NCBI GenBank assembly: GCA_037968875.1
Contig: JBBKWI010000108.1
Span: 2,305-66,304, forward strand
Length of the DNA: 64,000 bases
Direction: 5' to 3'
Origin: Candidatus Sericytochromatia bacterium
Lineage (GTDB): Bacteria; Cyanobacteriota; Sericytochromatia; UBA7694
The notes beneath the pieces were generated by a model, which made no database searches, was not told the DNA's origin, and saw only the letters and a list, made by a program, of their open reading frames with translations. Every line of letters begins with the position of its first letter. The first letter of the stretch is position 1. Of the stretch, positions 55,139 through 64,000 are shown in pieces. A program made the translations under genes and the position numbers.

Positions 55139-56515
55139 ATGGAAAATAATCTGCCCCTACCCACAGGCTATTTTAGCAATCTTCAGACTGAACATGGTTT
55201 TGAGGCTGTTGAAGTTACGGGAGACTTACCGCCCTGTTTACAAAATGGAACGCTCTATCGCAATGGCGTGGGATACTTTGAGCAGTTTGGTAAACCCTAC
55301 CAACACGCTTTTGAGGGTGATGGGGCCATTACGGCCCTTCGGTTCCACAAGAATAAAGCGTTTGTGAGTTCTCAATTGGTTCAAAGTAAAGGGCTCCTGA
55401 CCGAAAAGAAAGCCGGTAAACACCTGGGCGGTTCAGCAGCCCCCTGGCCGACGCGCCTCAGGGCGAATCTTAAGGGGGAATTTAAAAACACGGCAAACAC
55501 AAATATCGTAAGTATTAAAGGCCAACTCTTTGCTTTAATGGAAGGCGGCAAGCCCACCGAAATCAATGCAGCGGATTTGTCCACTCTTGGAGAGTCTGAT
55601 TTCAAGGGGCTCATTCCAGGGACGTTTTCAGCGCACCCACACTATAATCAGGCCCGTCAAACGCAGTATAACTTTGGCCTGACTTATGGCAAAGTCTCTG
55701 AAGTTAATCTCTTTGCATTTCCCGACGAGGGATCTCCTATCAGCTTAGGATCATTCCCAATTGCCGCACCGGTTATGCTGCATGACTTCATTGTCACAGC
55801 CAACCATTTGATATTTTTCATCTGTCCGGCCCAGGTCAGTATTTTTAAAATGCTGCTGGCAGTCGGCAAAAGTTTTGTGGACTACCTCAAATGGAATCCC
55901 GCTGCAGGCACAGAAATTGTTGTGATTCCGATCGATCAGCCGAGCCAAATCACGCGCTTTAAAACGTCTGCCTTTTTCACCACCCATTTTGGTGGAGCCT
56001 ATGAAGAAGATCAGAAAATCATCGTTGACTATATCGCTTATGACAACATCGATTTTTTGTATACACTGGGCAATGGCTCGCATTTGACCTGGGACAATCA
56101 ACAGGACCATCCACACGGTACGCTGTATCGTGCTGTGATTGATAGTAAGAAGCAAATATTTGAAGCCCATAAGCGTCGGGACTATTGTGAGTTTCCCAGG
56201 ATTTTGTCGACGGAGTCAGGTCTGAAGTACCACTCTCTCTGGATGCAAACAGAAAAATATATTGAGGGTGTGTTAAGAAGTGGCACCTGTCGACTGGATC
56301 AGAATGATCAGGTGACTGAGTTTTTTGCTGAGCCAGGCCAATTATGTTCAGAGCCGATCCCGGTTGAAAACTCGGTTTTGGTACTGGTCTTTGATTGTCA
56401 AAGTAACAAGAGTCATATTCTCGTTTTGGATAGCCTGAACTTACATGAGCAGGCTCGGATTCAATTGCCCCAGGCGGTGCCGCTGACTTTTCATGGCAAT
56501 TGGGTGGCCGACTAA
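55139..56515 (+). CDS. Carotenoid oxygenase/RPE65-family dioxygenase
   Basis: GTLYRNG, FEGDG; four Fe-ligand His in FSAHP, MLHDF, THF and FHGNW. Confidence 0.92.
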   Translation: MENNLPLPTGYFSNLQTEHGFEAVEVTGDLPPCLQNGTLYRNGVGYFEQFGKPYQHAFEGDGAITALRFHKNKAFVSSQLVQSKGLLTEKKAGKHLGGSAAPWPTRLRANLKGEFKNTANTNIVSIKGQLFALMEGGKPTEINAADLSTLGESDFKGLIPGTFSAHPHYNQARQTQYNFGLTYGKVSEVNLFAFPDEGSPISLGSFPIAAPVMLHDFIVTANHLIFFICPAQVSIFKMLLAVGKSFVDYLKWNPAAGTEIVVIPIDQPSQITRFKTSAFFTTHFGGAYEEDQKIIVDYIAYDNIDFLYTLGNGSHLTWDNQQDHPHGTLYRAVIDSKKQIFEAHKRRDYCEFPRILSTESGLKYHSLWMQTEKYIEGVLRSGTCRLDQNDQVTEFFAEPGQLCSEPIPVENSVLVLVFDCQSNKSHILVLDSLNLHEQARIQLPQAVPLTFHGNWVAD

Positions 56516-56535
56516 GTAGACCTTGCTTTAAGATC

Positions 56536-56874
56536 TCAGGCTAGCCATTGTTTCCAGGTTTCAGGAGCATAGCCTACGGTTGCCCGTTGCCCCAGCCTGA
56601 CCACCGGGGTTTTGAGCAAGAGCGGGTGCGCCAGTAATTGGGTCTCGATATCATGCACCATATACTGCAAATTGCGTTTTTTGTATTCGGCACCTTCTGT
56701 ATTGATCAACTCTTGCAGCGAAACCGATTGACGAATGCTGGTTAATTCACCTTTGCTGAGGGGCTTCGTTTTAAGATCGATCAATTGAAATTTGAGTCCC
56801 AGGCTCTTTAAAAACCGTTCTGCCTTGCGGGTTTCCGAACATTTGCGGGTGCCAAAAATTTGCCAGTTGCTCAT
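56536..56874 (-). CDS. ArsC/Spx/MgsR family protein
   Basis: IFGTRKCSETRKAERF and LLKTPVVR motifs; Met at 56874. Confidence 0.88.
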   Translation of the reverse strand: MSNWQIFGTRKCSETRKAERFLKSLGLKFQLIDLKTKPLSKGELTSIRQSVSLQELINTEGAEYKKRNLQYMVHDIETQLLAHPLLLKTPVVRLGQRATVGYAPETWKQWLA

Positions 56875-57209
56875 CGTATTTACCTTTTGTACTGCTTGAG
56901 AATATCGAGAGTTCAGCATACCTGATTTGGAAGCATCTGGTCAGTCATGATTGATCTGGCTGAGGGCTTTGCTTAATGCTCTGGGTAACTGAAATCTGCT
57001 GTATTGTTTCATGGAAAATGAGAAAGACCCCGTTGGAGCGCTTTCGTTTCAGTGGCGAGAGATTTCAAAAAGGGTCGCGGCAGAAGGCTTGTTAAAGTCG
57101 TTCAAAAGTGATTTGCTTGAGTCATGAAATATGTTTCTGTTTTTGTGTTTCTATGACTGAAAATCATACCTTAAACGGTCACGAATGACTAACAACGACT
57201 AAGTGAGTA

Positions 57210-57809
57210 ATGAACATGAATGACAAGCTGCCAATACCTTTACAGAATGCTCAGGAAGAAGGTGTTGAGATTTTCGTTGTTCAGAATTCAGATTGGGAAT
57301 GGAAACTGAAGATAGAAGGTAGTGACGCCAGAATTGAGGCACTCGTGGGGAGTCCTGTCTGTGTATTCGCAAATAATGGATATGGTGACCTGTTATTTCT
57401 GACGTTGGACGAGGAAACAAGCGCTTATGGAAAGCGCGTCCACGAGTATCTTCATGAAGGCCCTGAAATAAATGGTATTGATGAAGATCTGAATTCAATG
57501 CTGGGCCTCAAGGAGAGATCTCGATCTACTGATGACTATCCGATGGCAAGGTATGATACTGGTAAGCCTGTCAAGCTCGGAGATACTGTCAATTTTAAGA
57601 CGTGGATTGAATTCTGGAAGGGTTGGCAAAATGGTGTTGTAAAATATGTACCTGGCTTGTCTCCGCTGAATCCAAGACACGAGCGCGATGGGCTGAAATG
57701 GGTTGTAATAGAAAGTGGGGGTGGACTTGAAGTGGGTCCATTGGTTGATCCCAAAACCGGTATGTTAAAAAAAATTAAGTTTGTAAGTCGAGCAAATAGA
57801 CTTGGGTAG
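57210..57809 (+). CDS. Hypothetical protein with SMI1/KNR4 (SUKH)-like N-terminus and SH3-like C-terminus
   Basis: FANNGYGDLLFL...VHEYLHE; C-terminal PVKLGDTV...WQNGVVKYV. Confidence 0.55.
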   Translation: MNMNDKLPIPLQNAQEEGVEIFVVQNSDWEWKLKIEGSDARIEALVGSPVCVFANNGYGDLLFLTLDEETSAYGKRVHEYLHEGPEINGIDEDLNSMLGLKERSRSTDDYPMARYDTGKPVKLGDTVNFKTWIEFWKGWQNGVVKYVPGLSPLNPRHERDGLKWVVIESGGGLEVGPLVDPKTGMLKKIKFVSRANRLG

Positions 57810-57831
57810 GCAGCAAAATCCAGATTGATGA

Positions 57832-58884
57832 TTAAGATACGCGTTGCCAGCGAAAGAAGCCTGCACCCAGACCCAGGAAAATCACTGTCATCAGAGCCAT
57901 CACGCTCAGATGCATACTGACCTGGCCCAGTCCAGCACCATCATTCATGACGGCCCGTAAGCCCCGAATCAAATGGGTTAATGGCAGTGCCAGTGCGACT
58001 TGCTGTACCCAATCAGGAGCGCCTTCAAGCGAAAACCAGACTTCTGAAAGCAGCATCATGGGCCAGGTCATTAGATTGAGCAGGCCACCGGCCAATTCTT
58101 CACTCTCGGTACGAGCGGCGACGAGGGTGCCCATGGCAATCAAAGCCGAAGATCCCAGGCTGGTCAGCAAAATTACAGCGAGCCAGGAGCCCCGTACTTC
58201 AAAGCCAAACATTAAGATCGAGCCGCCAAAGAGGATCACACAGGACATCAGGATCAAGAACAGGCGTGAAGCCAATTGCGCAGATAGAAACTCAAAGGCT
58301 GTCAGGGGGGTGGTTGCCAGACGCTTGAGCACGCCGTTTTTACGATAACGCACCACCACATAGCCCACGCCCCAGACCGCCATGAACATGATATTCATAC
58401 CCAGTAAACCCGGGAAAAACCATTCCACGTAAGGAATCTCAGTGCCCGTGAGGGTCTGGCGTGTATAGTGTGCCGCTACTGGGGGGCGCTCGCCCTGGCT
58501 TAAGACATCAATCGCCAGGCGTTCGGCCAGATAGCCCTTGGGCGAAGTTTCTGAGACCCAATACTCAGGTGGATTCTGGTTGGTATCTAGCAGCAGATCG
58601 AGCTTATGGTGGGCAATTTTGTCGCGGGCGCTCTCCAGATCGCTTTGCAAGACGGCCTCAACCTGGGGCAGGGCAGCCACCCGTTGCTGATAAACAGTGC
58701 TCTGGGGACCAAAAATACCGACTTTAACGGCGGCCTGGTTATTGGCATTGCCAAAGATAAAATAAAAGCCGATCAGCATCAAAAATGGGAAAGCAAAACT
58801 CCAGCCCAGATTGGCCTTATCACGTAAAAATTCCCAGTTGCGGGCCACAAAAATATGCCAAAAACGGCGAAAAGAAAAATTCAT
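57832..58884 (-). CDS. ABC-2 type transporter permease
   Basis: YVEWFFPGLLGM, GVLKRL..TPL and PLTHL..GLR motifs. Confidence 0.93.
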   Translation of the reverse strand: MNFSFRRFWHIFVARNWEFLRDKANLGWSFAFPFLMLIGFYFIFGNANNQAAVKVGIFGPQSTVYQQRVAALPQVEAVLQSDLESARDKIAHHKLDLLLDTNQNPPEYWVSETSPKGYLAERLAIDVLSQGERPPVAAHYTRQTLTGTEIPYVEWFFPGLLGMNIMFMAVWGVGYVVVRYRKNGVLKRLATTPLTAFEFLSAQLASRLFLILMSCVILFGGSILMFGFEVRGSWLAVILLTSLGSSALIAMGTLVAARTESEELAGGLLNLMTWPMMLLSEVWFSLEGAPDWVQQVALALPLTHLIRGLRAVMNDGAGLGQVSMHLSVMALMTVIFLGLGAGFFRWQRVS

Positions 58885-59765
58885 TCGCGTAGACTCCTGC
58901 CGGTGAGCTTTAAGAAGACATCTTCTAGACTGGGCGAATGAATCGCCAATTCAGATAAATCCACCTGGCGGGCCAGCAAGGCATTCAGGCAAGCAGGGAT
59001 GTCGTCGGTTTGAATACGCCAATGCTTGCCCTGGGCCTCGATCGGCCAGCCCAGATCGGTCAGCGACTCTGCTGTCAGAGTCTGGGGTAATTCGAGAGTA
59101 TGGCCGGGGCAATAGCGCTGAATCAGACCGCGCGGGCTGTCTTCGGTCAGGATCTGGCCTTGATCCATAATTGCGATGCGATCACAGAGCAATTGTGCTT
59201 CGTCCATATAGTGGGTCGTGAGCACGACGGTCTTGCCAGCGGCTTTGATCTTGAGCACGATCTCCCAGAGATTGCGCCGGGCCTGAGGGTCCATACCTGT
59301 GGTCGGTTCATCCAAAAAAATCAGGGTGGGATCATTGAGGAGTGCCAGTGCGAGCAAGAGACGTTGTTTTTGGCCGCCTGAAATTTTGCGATTGTCACGC
59401 TTGAGAATATCTTCCAATTGGCAGGTCGCGATCACCTCCGCCAGTGGGGTAGGCTGGCTATAGAGCCCATGAAAAGTACGCAGGGTCTCTTCGACAGTCA
59501 AATATTGTAAGAGCTCGGTATTTTGAAACTGGATCCCGACGCGATCTCTAAAGCGGGCATCCCGAGGCTGCCCTTCATAAAAGACCTGGCCACTGCTGAT
59601 ACTGAGGGTATTCTCAATCATTTCCAGGGTCGTGGTTTTGCCCGCACCATTGGGGCCAAGCAGACCAAAGCACTCGCCCGCCTGCACAGCAAAACTGACC
59701 CCATCCACAGCCCGGTGTTGGCCATAGTCTTTGACGAGGTCGCGTACTTCTAAGACAGGGTTCAT
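58881..59765 (-). CDS. ABC transporter ATP-binding protein (export type)
   Basis: GPNGAGKTT, ISGGQKQR, LDEPTTG and TTH motifs; ATGA overlap with the permease. Confidence 0.95.
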   Translation of the reverse strand: MNPVLEVRDLVKDYGQHRAVDGVSFAVQAGECFGLLGPNGAGKTTTLEMIENTLSISSGQVFYEGQPRDARFRDRVGIQFQNTELLQYLTVEETLRTFHGLYSQPTPLAEVIATCQLEDILKRDNRKISGGQKQRLLLALALLNDPTLIFLDEPTTGMDPQARRNLWEIVLKIKAAGKTVVLTTHYMDEAQLLCDRIAIMDQGQILTEDSPRGLIQRYCPGHTLELPQTLTAESLTDLGWPIEAQGKHWRIQTDDIPACLNALLARQVDLSELAIHSPSLEDVFLKLTGRSLRE

Positions 59766-59817
59766 GGGTTCAGTATAGCGAAGTTAATAGGGTTCTGAGT
59801 CATTCGCTAACTGAGTT

Positions 59818-60249
59818 TTAGAGAAAGCGGGCCTGGGTGGCAGGCGTTGGCATCATACAAGTGTCAGATTTGCCAAAGAGCGCGTAGCGATTGCTTGCAA
59901 CGCGGCGATAAAGCCAATTTCGGACAAAGCGTGGAAAGATTTTGCCAATGCCAAGTAGTTTCCAGGGCAGCGGAAATTGCGAAATTATCTGTAGAAAGGC
60001 GTCCCCTTGATCATAAGCTCGCTGGCCTTCGACATAAACCATGGTGTCGAAATCATCTGTGCGATAGCCAAAGTGGCGCAGCAGTTCTTGACCGGGCTCT
60101 GACTGCACGCTGCAGAGCTTAAACAATTGCTCTGTATCGTATTTGATCACAAATTGGGTCCAGGCAGCACATAGATTACAGACCCCGTCAAATAAGATTA
60201 CTTTGTCTGTGGGCCCGATTTGAGGTGGTAAGCTGTTGCTTGTTTTCAT
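59818..60249 (-). CDS. DCC family thiol-disulfide oxidoreductase (YuxK-like)
   Basis: LFDGVCNLC, Y..VASNRY..FG and C.MP motifs. Confidence 0.92.
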   Translation of the reverse strand: MKTSNSLPPQIGPTDKVILFDGVCNLCAAWTQFVIKYDTEQLFKLCSVQSEPGQELLRHFGYRTDDFDTMVYVEGQRAYDQGDAFLQIISQFPLPWKLLGIGKIFPRFVRNWLYRRVASNRYALFGKSDTCMMPTPATQARFL

Positions 60250-60584
60250 GATTTACTTCCTTGCTTAAATATAGCATTGACCCAGATCGATCATTTTAAC
60301 TTAGATCATTTGCGCAGCAATTAAATTTTGAAATGAAGCTTCTATTGCTGCTTGCCGGGGGCGATAGACCCCAACTACTTGCTGGGTTTTTCGATAGTCT
60401 GTATCCCTCACAAATCATTTTTATGTCCTGCGCAATAATCCATGAAAACTGGATGCACTTATCTCTGAGAATGCAATTTGATCTTGGCTAATAGATCCTA
60501 ATACGCTAAGGTTTAGGGGTCCCATGGTCAAAATAATTGCTGGGTCATCGACGAGCAAATCTAGAATTAAATTGAGCTTTATTT

Positions 60585-61640
<1,056 letters not shown>

Positions 61641-61900
61641 ATCAGTCGCTTTCAAAACAGGCCGGGTACGACAGATTTTGGGCGGCCCACACAGCCTTGA
61701 AAACCTGAATCCGGTCTTGATAGCCACTGTATTTGATTGCTAGTAAAATAATTTTCCCGACTTTTACTTGGGGAGCTAAATGCGCTTATTTGTTTGGTGT
61801 GAATTGAGCCTGGGCTGTTGTGGCTTCGGACCCCAGTGGGCTTTTAACGAGGGGCTTTCTGACTTGTATAATGTACTTAGCTATTTGTAAAAGGCAAATC

Positions 61901-62701
61901 ATGAATTCTTATTTATCCCTTTCTCTCTCTCAGGTGTCTTTGGCAGCCCTGCTCTTATTTTTGCAATTGCTAATCTCACTCTTGCTCGACCTGGGCCTGG
62001 TGCGCTCTTTGCTCTGGGCCAGTCTGCGTATGGTGCTGCAACTCAGTCTGGTGGGCTGGGTCTTAACCTGGGTTTTTGCTTTGCAATCCTTACCGTTAAT
62101 TCTAATTGTGATCGGCGTGATGACTCTGGCCGCTGGTCAGGCTGCGATCTCACGGGTTTCGACACGTTACCAGGGCATGTATTGGCGCAGTCTGCTTTCG
62201 ATTTTTGCTTCTAGCTGGTTAACGACCCTCTATTTTATGCTGGTGATAGGTCAGCCTGAGCCCTGGTATCGCCCGGAGTATTTGATTCCCTTGCTGGGCA
62301 TGGTGCTGGGCAATGGTATTTCGGGGGTGGCTCTGGGGCTAGAGCGCTTCTTGGATCAGGCCCAGCAGCAGCGGTTGCAAATCGAAACCTGGTTAGCTCT
62401 GGGAGCAACCCGCTGGGAAGCTGCGCGCGATCTGGTGCGTGACGCTGTGCGCACGGGTTTGATCCCTCTGATTAATTCGATGTTGGCGACGGGACTAGTC
62501 AGCTTACCGGGTATGATGACCGGGCAGATTCTGGGTGGGGTGTCGCCACAACAGGCGGTCAATTACCAGATCGTGATTATGTTCATGATCTCTACCAGTA
62601 CGGCCTGTGGCACGGTGGGGGTGGTCTTGCTGAGTTATTTTAAGCTGTTCTCACGGGATCATCGCCTGCAAAGTGATCGCTTACAGAAAGTCACGCCATG
62701 A
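61901..62701 (+). CDS. UPF0014/FetB-type ABC transporter permease
   Basis: RMVLQLSLVG, YLIPLLGMVLGN and VSLPGMMTGQILGG motifs; Met at 61901. Confidence 0.92.
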   Translation: MNSYLSLSLSQVSLAALLLFLQLLISLLLDLGLVRSLLWASLRMVLQLSLVGWVLTWVFALQSLPLILIVIGVMTLAAGQAAISRVSTRYQGMYWRSLLSIFASSWLTTLYFMLVIGQPEPWYRPEYLIPLLGMVLGNGISGVALGLERFLDQAQQQRLQIETWLALGATRWEAARDLVRDAVRTGLIPLINSMLATGLVSLPGMMTGQILGGVSPQQAVNYQIVIMFMISTSTACGTVGVVLLSYFKLFSRDHRLQSDRLQKVTP

Positions 62702-63330
62702 ATCAAGCCTTACTCGACGTTATCGACCTGAATTTGGTTTTGTCAGGCAAAACTATTTTTTCAGATCTCAGTTTGGAGCTTTACCCTGGTGAATGCCTGG
62801 GCATAGTCGGCCCATCTGGAGCAGGTAAATCGATGTTGTTACGTTCGTTGGCAGCCCTCGAAAGTTGTCGCGGGGAGATCTGCTTCCAAGGGCTTTCCTT
62901 AAGCGACTGGGAGATCCCTGTTTATCGCAGTCAGGTGATTTATCTGGCCCAACAAGCGGTTTTTCGTCCGGGTACAGTCCAGGCCAATTTGGATCTGCCA
63001 TTGGGTTGGGGTTTGCATCGCCAGCGCAGCCAGCCCAGCGTGGATTTTGGCGAACTGGGTTTAGCCGCTGATTTCGGTTCGCGGCAAATCGACATGCTTT
63101 CAGGGGGCGAACGCCAAAAAATAGCGCTTTTGAGAGCCTTGCGACTGCAGCCTCAGATATTATTACTGGATGAACCCACAGCAGCCATGGATCCAGACAG
63201 TGTTTTGCAAGTGGAGAGACTATTATTGAACTGGCTAGCACAAGGCCAACGTGGCTTGATTTGGGTGTCACATCAAGCCCAGCAATTGGAGCGGGTCAGC
63301 CAGCGCCAGTTTACGTTGGCAAAAGTTTAA
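62698..63330 (+). CDS. FetA-type ABC ATP-binding protein
   Basis: GPSGAGKS, LSGGERQ, LLLDEPT and WVSH motifs; ATGA overlap. Confidence 0.92.
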   Translation: MNQALLDVIDLNLVLSGKTIFSDLSLELYPGECLGIVGPSGAGKSMLLRSLAALESCRGEICFQGLSLSDWEIPVYRSQVIYLAQQAVFRPGTVQANLDLPLGWGLHRQRSQPSVDFGELGLAADFGSRQIDMLSGGERQKIALLRALRLQPQILLLDEPTAAMDPDSVLQVERLLLNWLAQGQRGLIWVSHQAQQLERVSQRQFTLAKV

Positions 63331-63356
63331 AGTCGCTGGCTGAACGCTTAAAAGAG

Positions 63357-64000
63357 CTACGGACAGTCCTTGATCAAAAATCCACCTGAGCGCTCGTCTT
63401 TCTCGAGCACCACAATTCCTTCAGCCTCTGCTTCGGTTAGTAATTGGCCAAAACTGCGAAAGCCGTAATAGGTTTCGTTGAAGCCTGGTTTGCGGCGTTT
63501 GAGAGTTTGCTTGAGCATCGAGCCCCAGATTTTATGTTCTTCGCCACGTTCCTCAACCAGATCATCAAAGGTTTCTACCAGCAGATCCCAGGCTTCTTCT
63601 TTGCGTTCTTTGTGGGCAGCTGTTTCGGCAGAAACAGGCTTGCTTTTAGGGGCGGCTGGCTTCTTTTTCTTTTGTTCCTGGCGGCGCTGGCTTTCTTTTT
63701 TCTGCTGGCGGGCCAGATCATCATAGAAAATAAACTCATCACAATTGGCGGTGAGCAAATCCGAAGTGGCATTTTTAACGCCAATCCCGATCACTTCTTT
63801 GTTGTTTTCACGTAATTTACTGACCAGTGGCGAAAAGTCAGAATCACCACTTAAGATCACAAAGGTATCGACATGCTCTTTGGTATAGCAGAGATCGAGG
63901 GCATCCACCACCAGTCGGATATCCGCTGAGTTTTTGCCAGATTGGCGCACATGCGGGATATCGATCAGCTCAAAAGAGGCTTCGTGCATCACCGCTTTAA
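63357..64000 (-). CDS. NYN (LabA/DUF88) domain protein with C-terminal OST-HTH/LOTUS domain, 5'-truncated by the window edge
   Basis: GKNSADIRLVVDA, SGDSDFSPL and PGFNETYYGFRSF..LL motifs; the frame remains open to position 64000. Confidence 0.9.
   Translation of the reverse strand, partial: KAVMHEASFELIDIPHVRQSGKNSADIRLVVDALDLCYTKEHVDTFVILSGDSDFSPLVSKLRENNKEVIGIGVKNATSDLLTANCDEFIFYDDLARQQKKESQRRQEQKKKKPAAPKSKPVSAETAAHKERKEEAWDLLVETFDDLVEERGEEHKIWGSMLKQTLKRRKPGFNETYYGFRSFGQLLTEAEAEGIVVLEKDERSGGFLIKDCP

Overview
64 kb of gene-dense bacterial chromosome of roughly balanced GC by eye, with about 53 supportable CDS. I found no rRNA, tRNA, CRISPR array, transposase or phage structural genes. Housekeeping anchors are ffh, rlmN, a standalone rpsD, def, dusB and a cardiolipin synthase. 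These are mixed with envelope glycosyltransferases, two cytoplasmic orphan histidine kinases, ABC transporters and AT-richer accessory patches (about 35.8-38.5, 50.2-57.8 and 60.3-61.6 kb). A cyanobacterial-type CofE-like ligase and tandem GNAT, with no photosynthesis genes, suggest a non-photosynthetic Cyanobacteria relative such as Sericytochromatia; this is inference only. The most unusual elements are: (1) a ~1400-aa three-propeller protein carrying PilB/GspE-type N-terminal modules and an isolated Hsp70 subdomain-IIB-like module, downstream of a minimal PolX-like nucleotidyltransferase; (2) a translationally coupled operon of membrane-anchored CofE-like ligase, tandem GNAT and esterase; (3) a catalytically dead serine recombinase preceding an 1861-aa repeating beta/helix protein; (4) an MFS-CapA phosphoesterase fusion; (5) a dead ANT(6)-like domain fused to an APH-like kinase. 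All family calls come from motif recognition by eye, not database searches.
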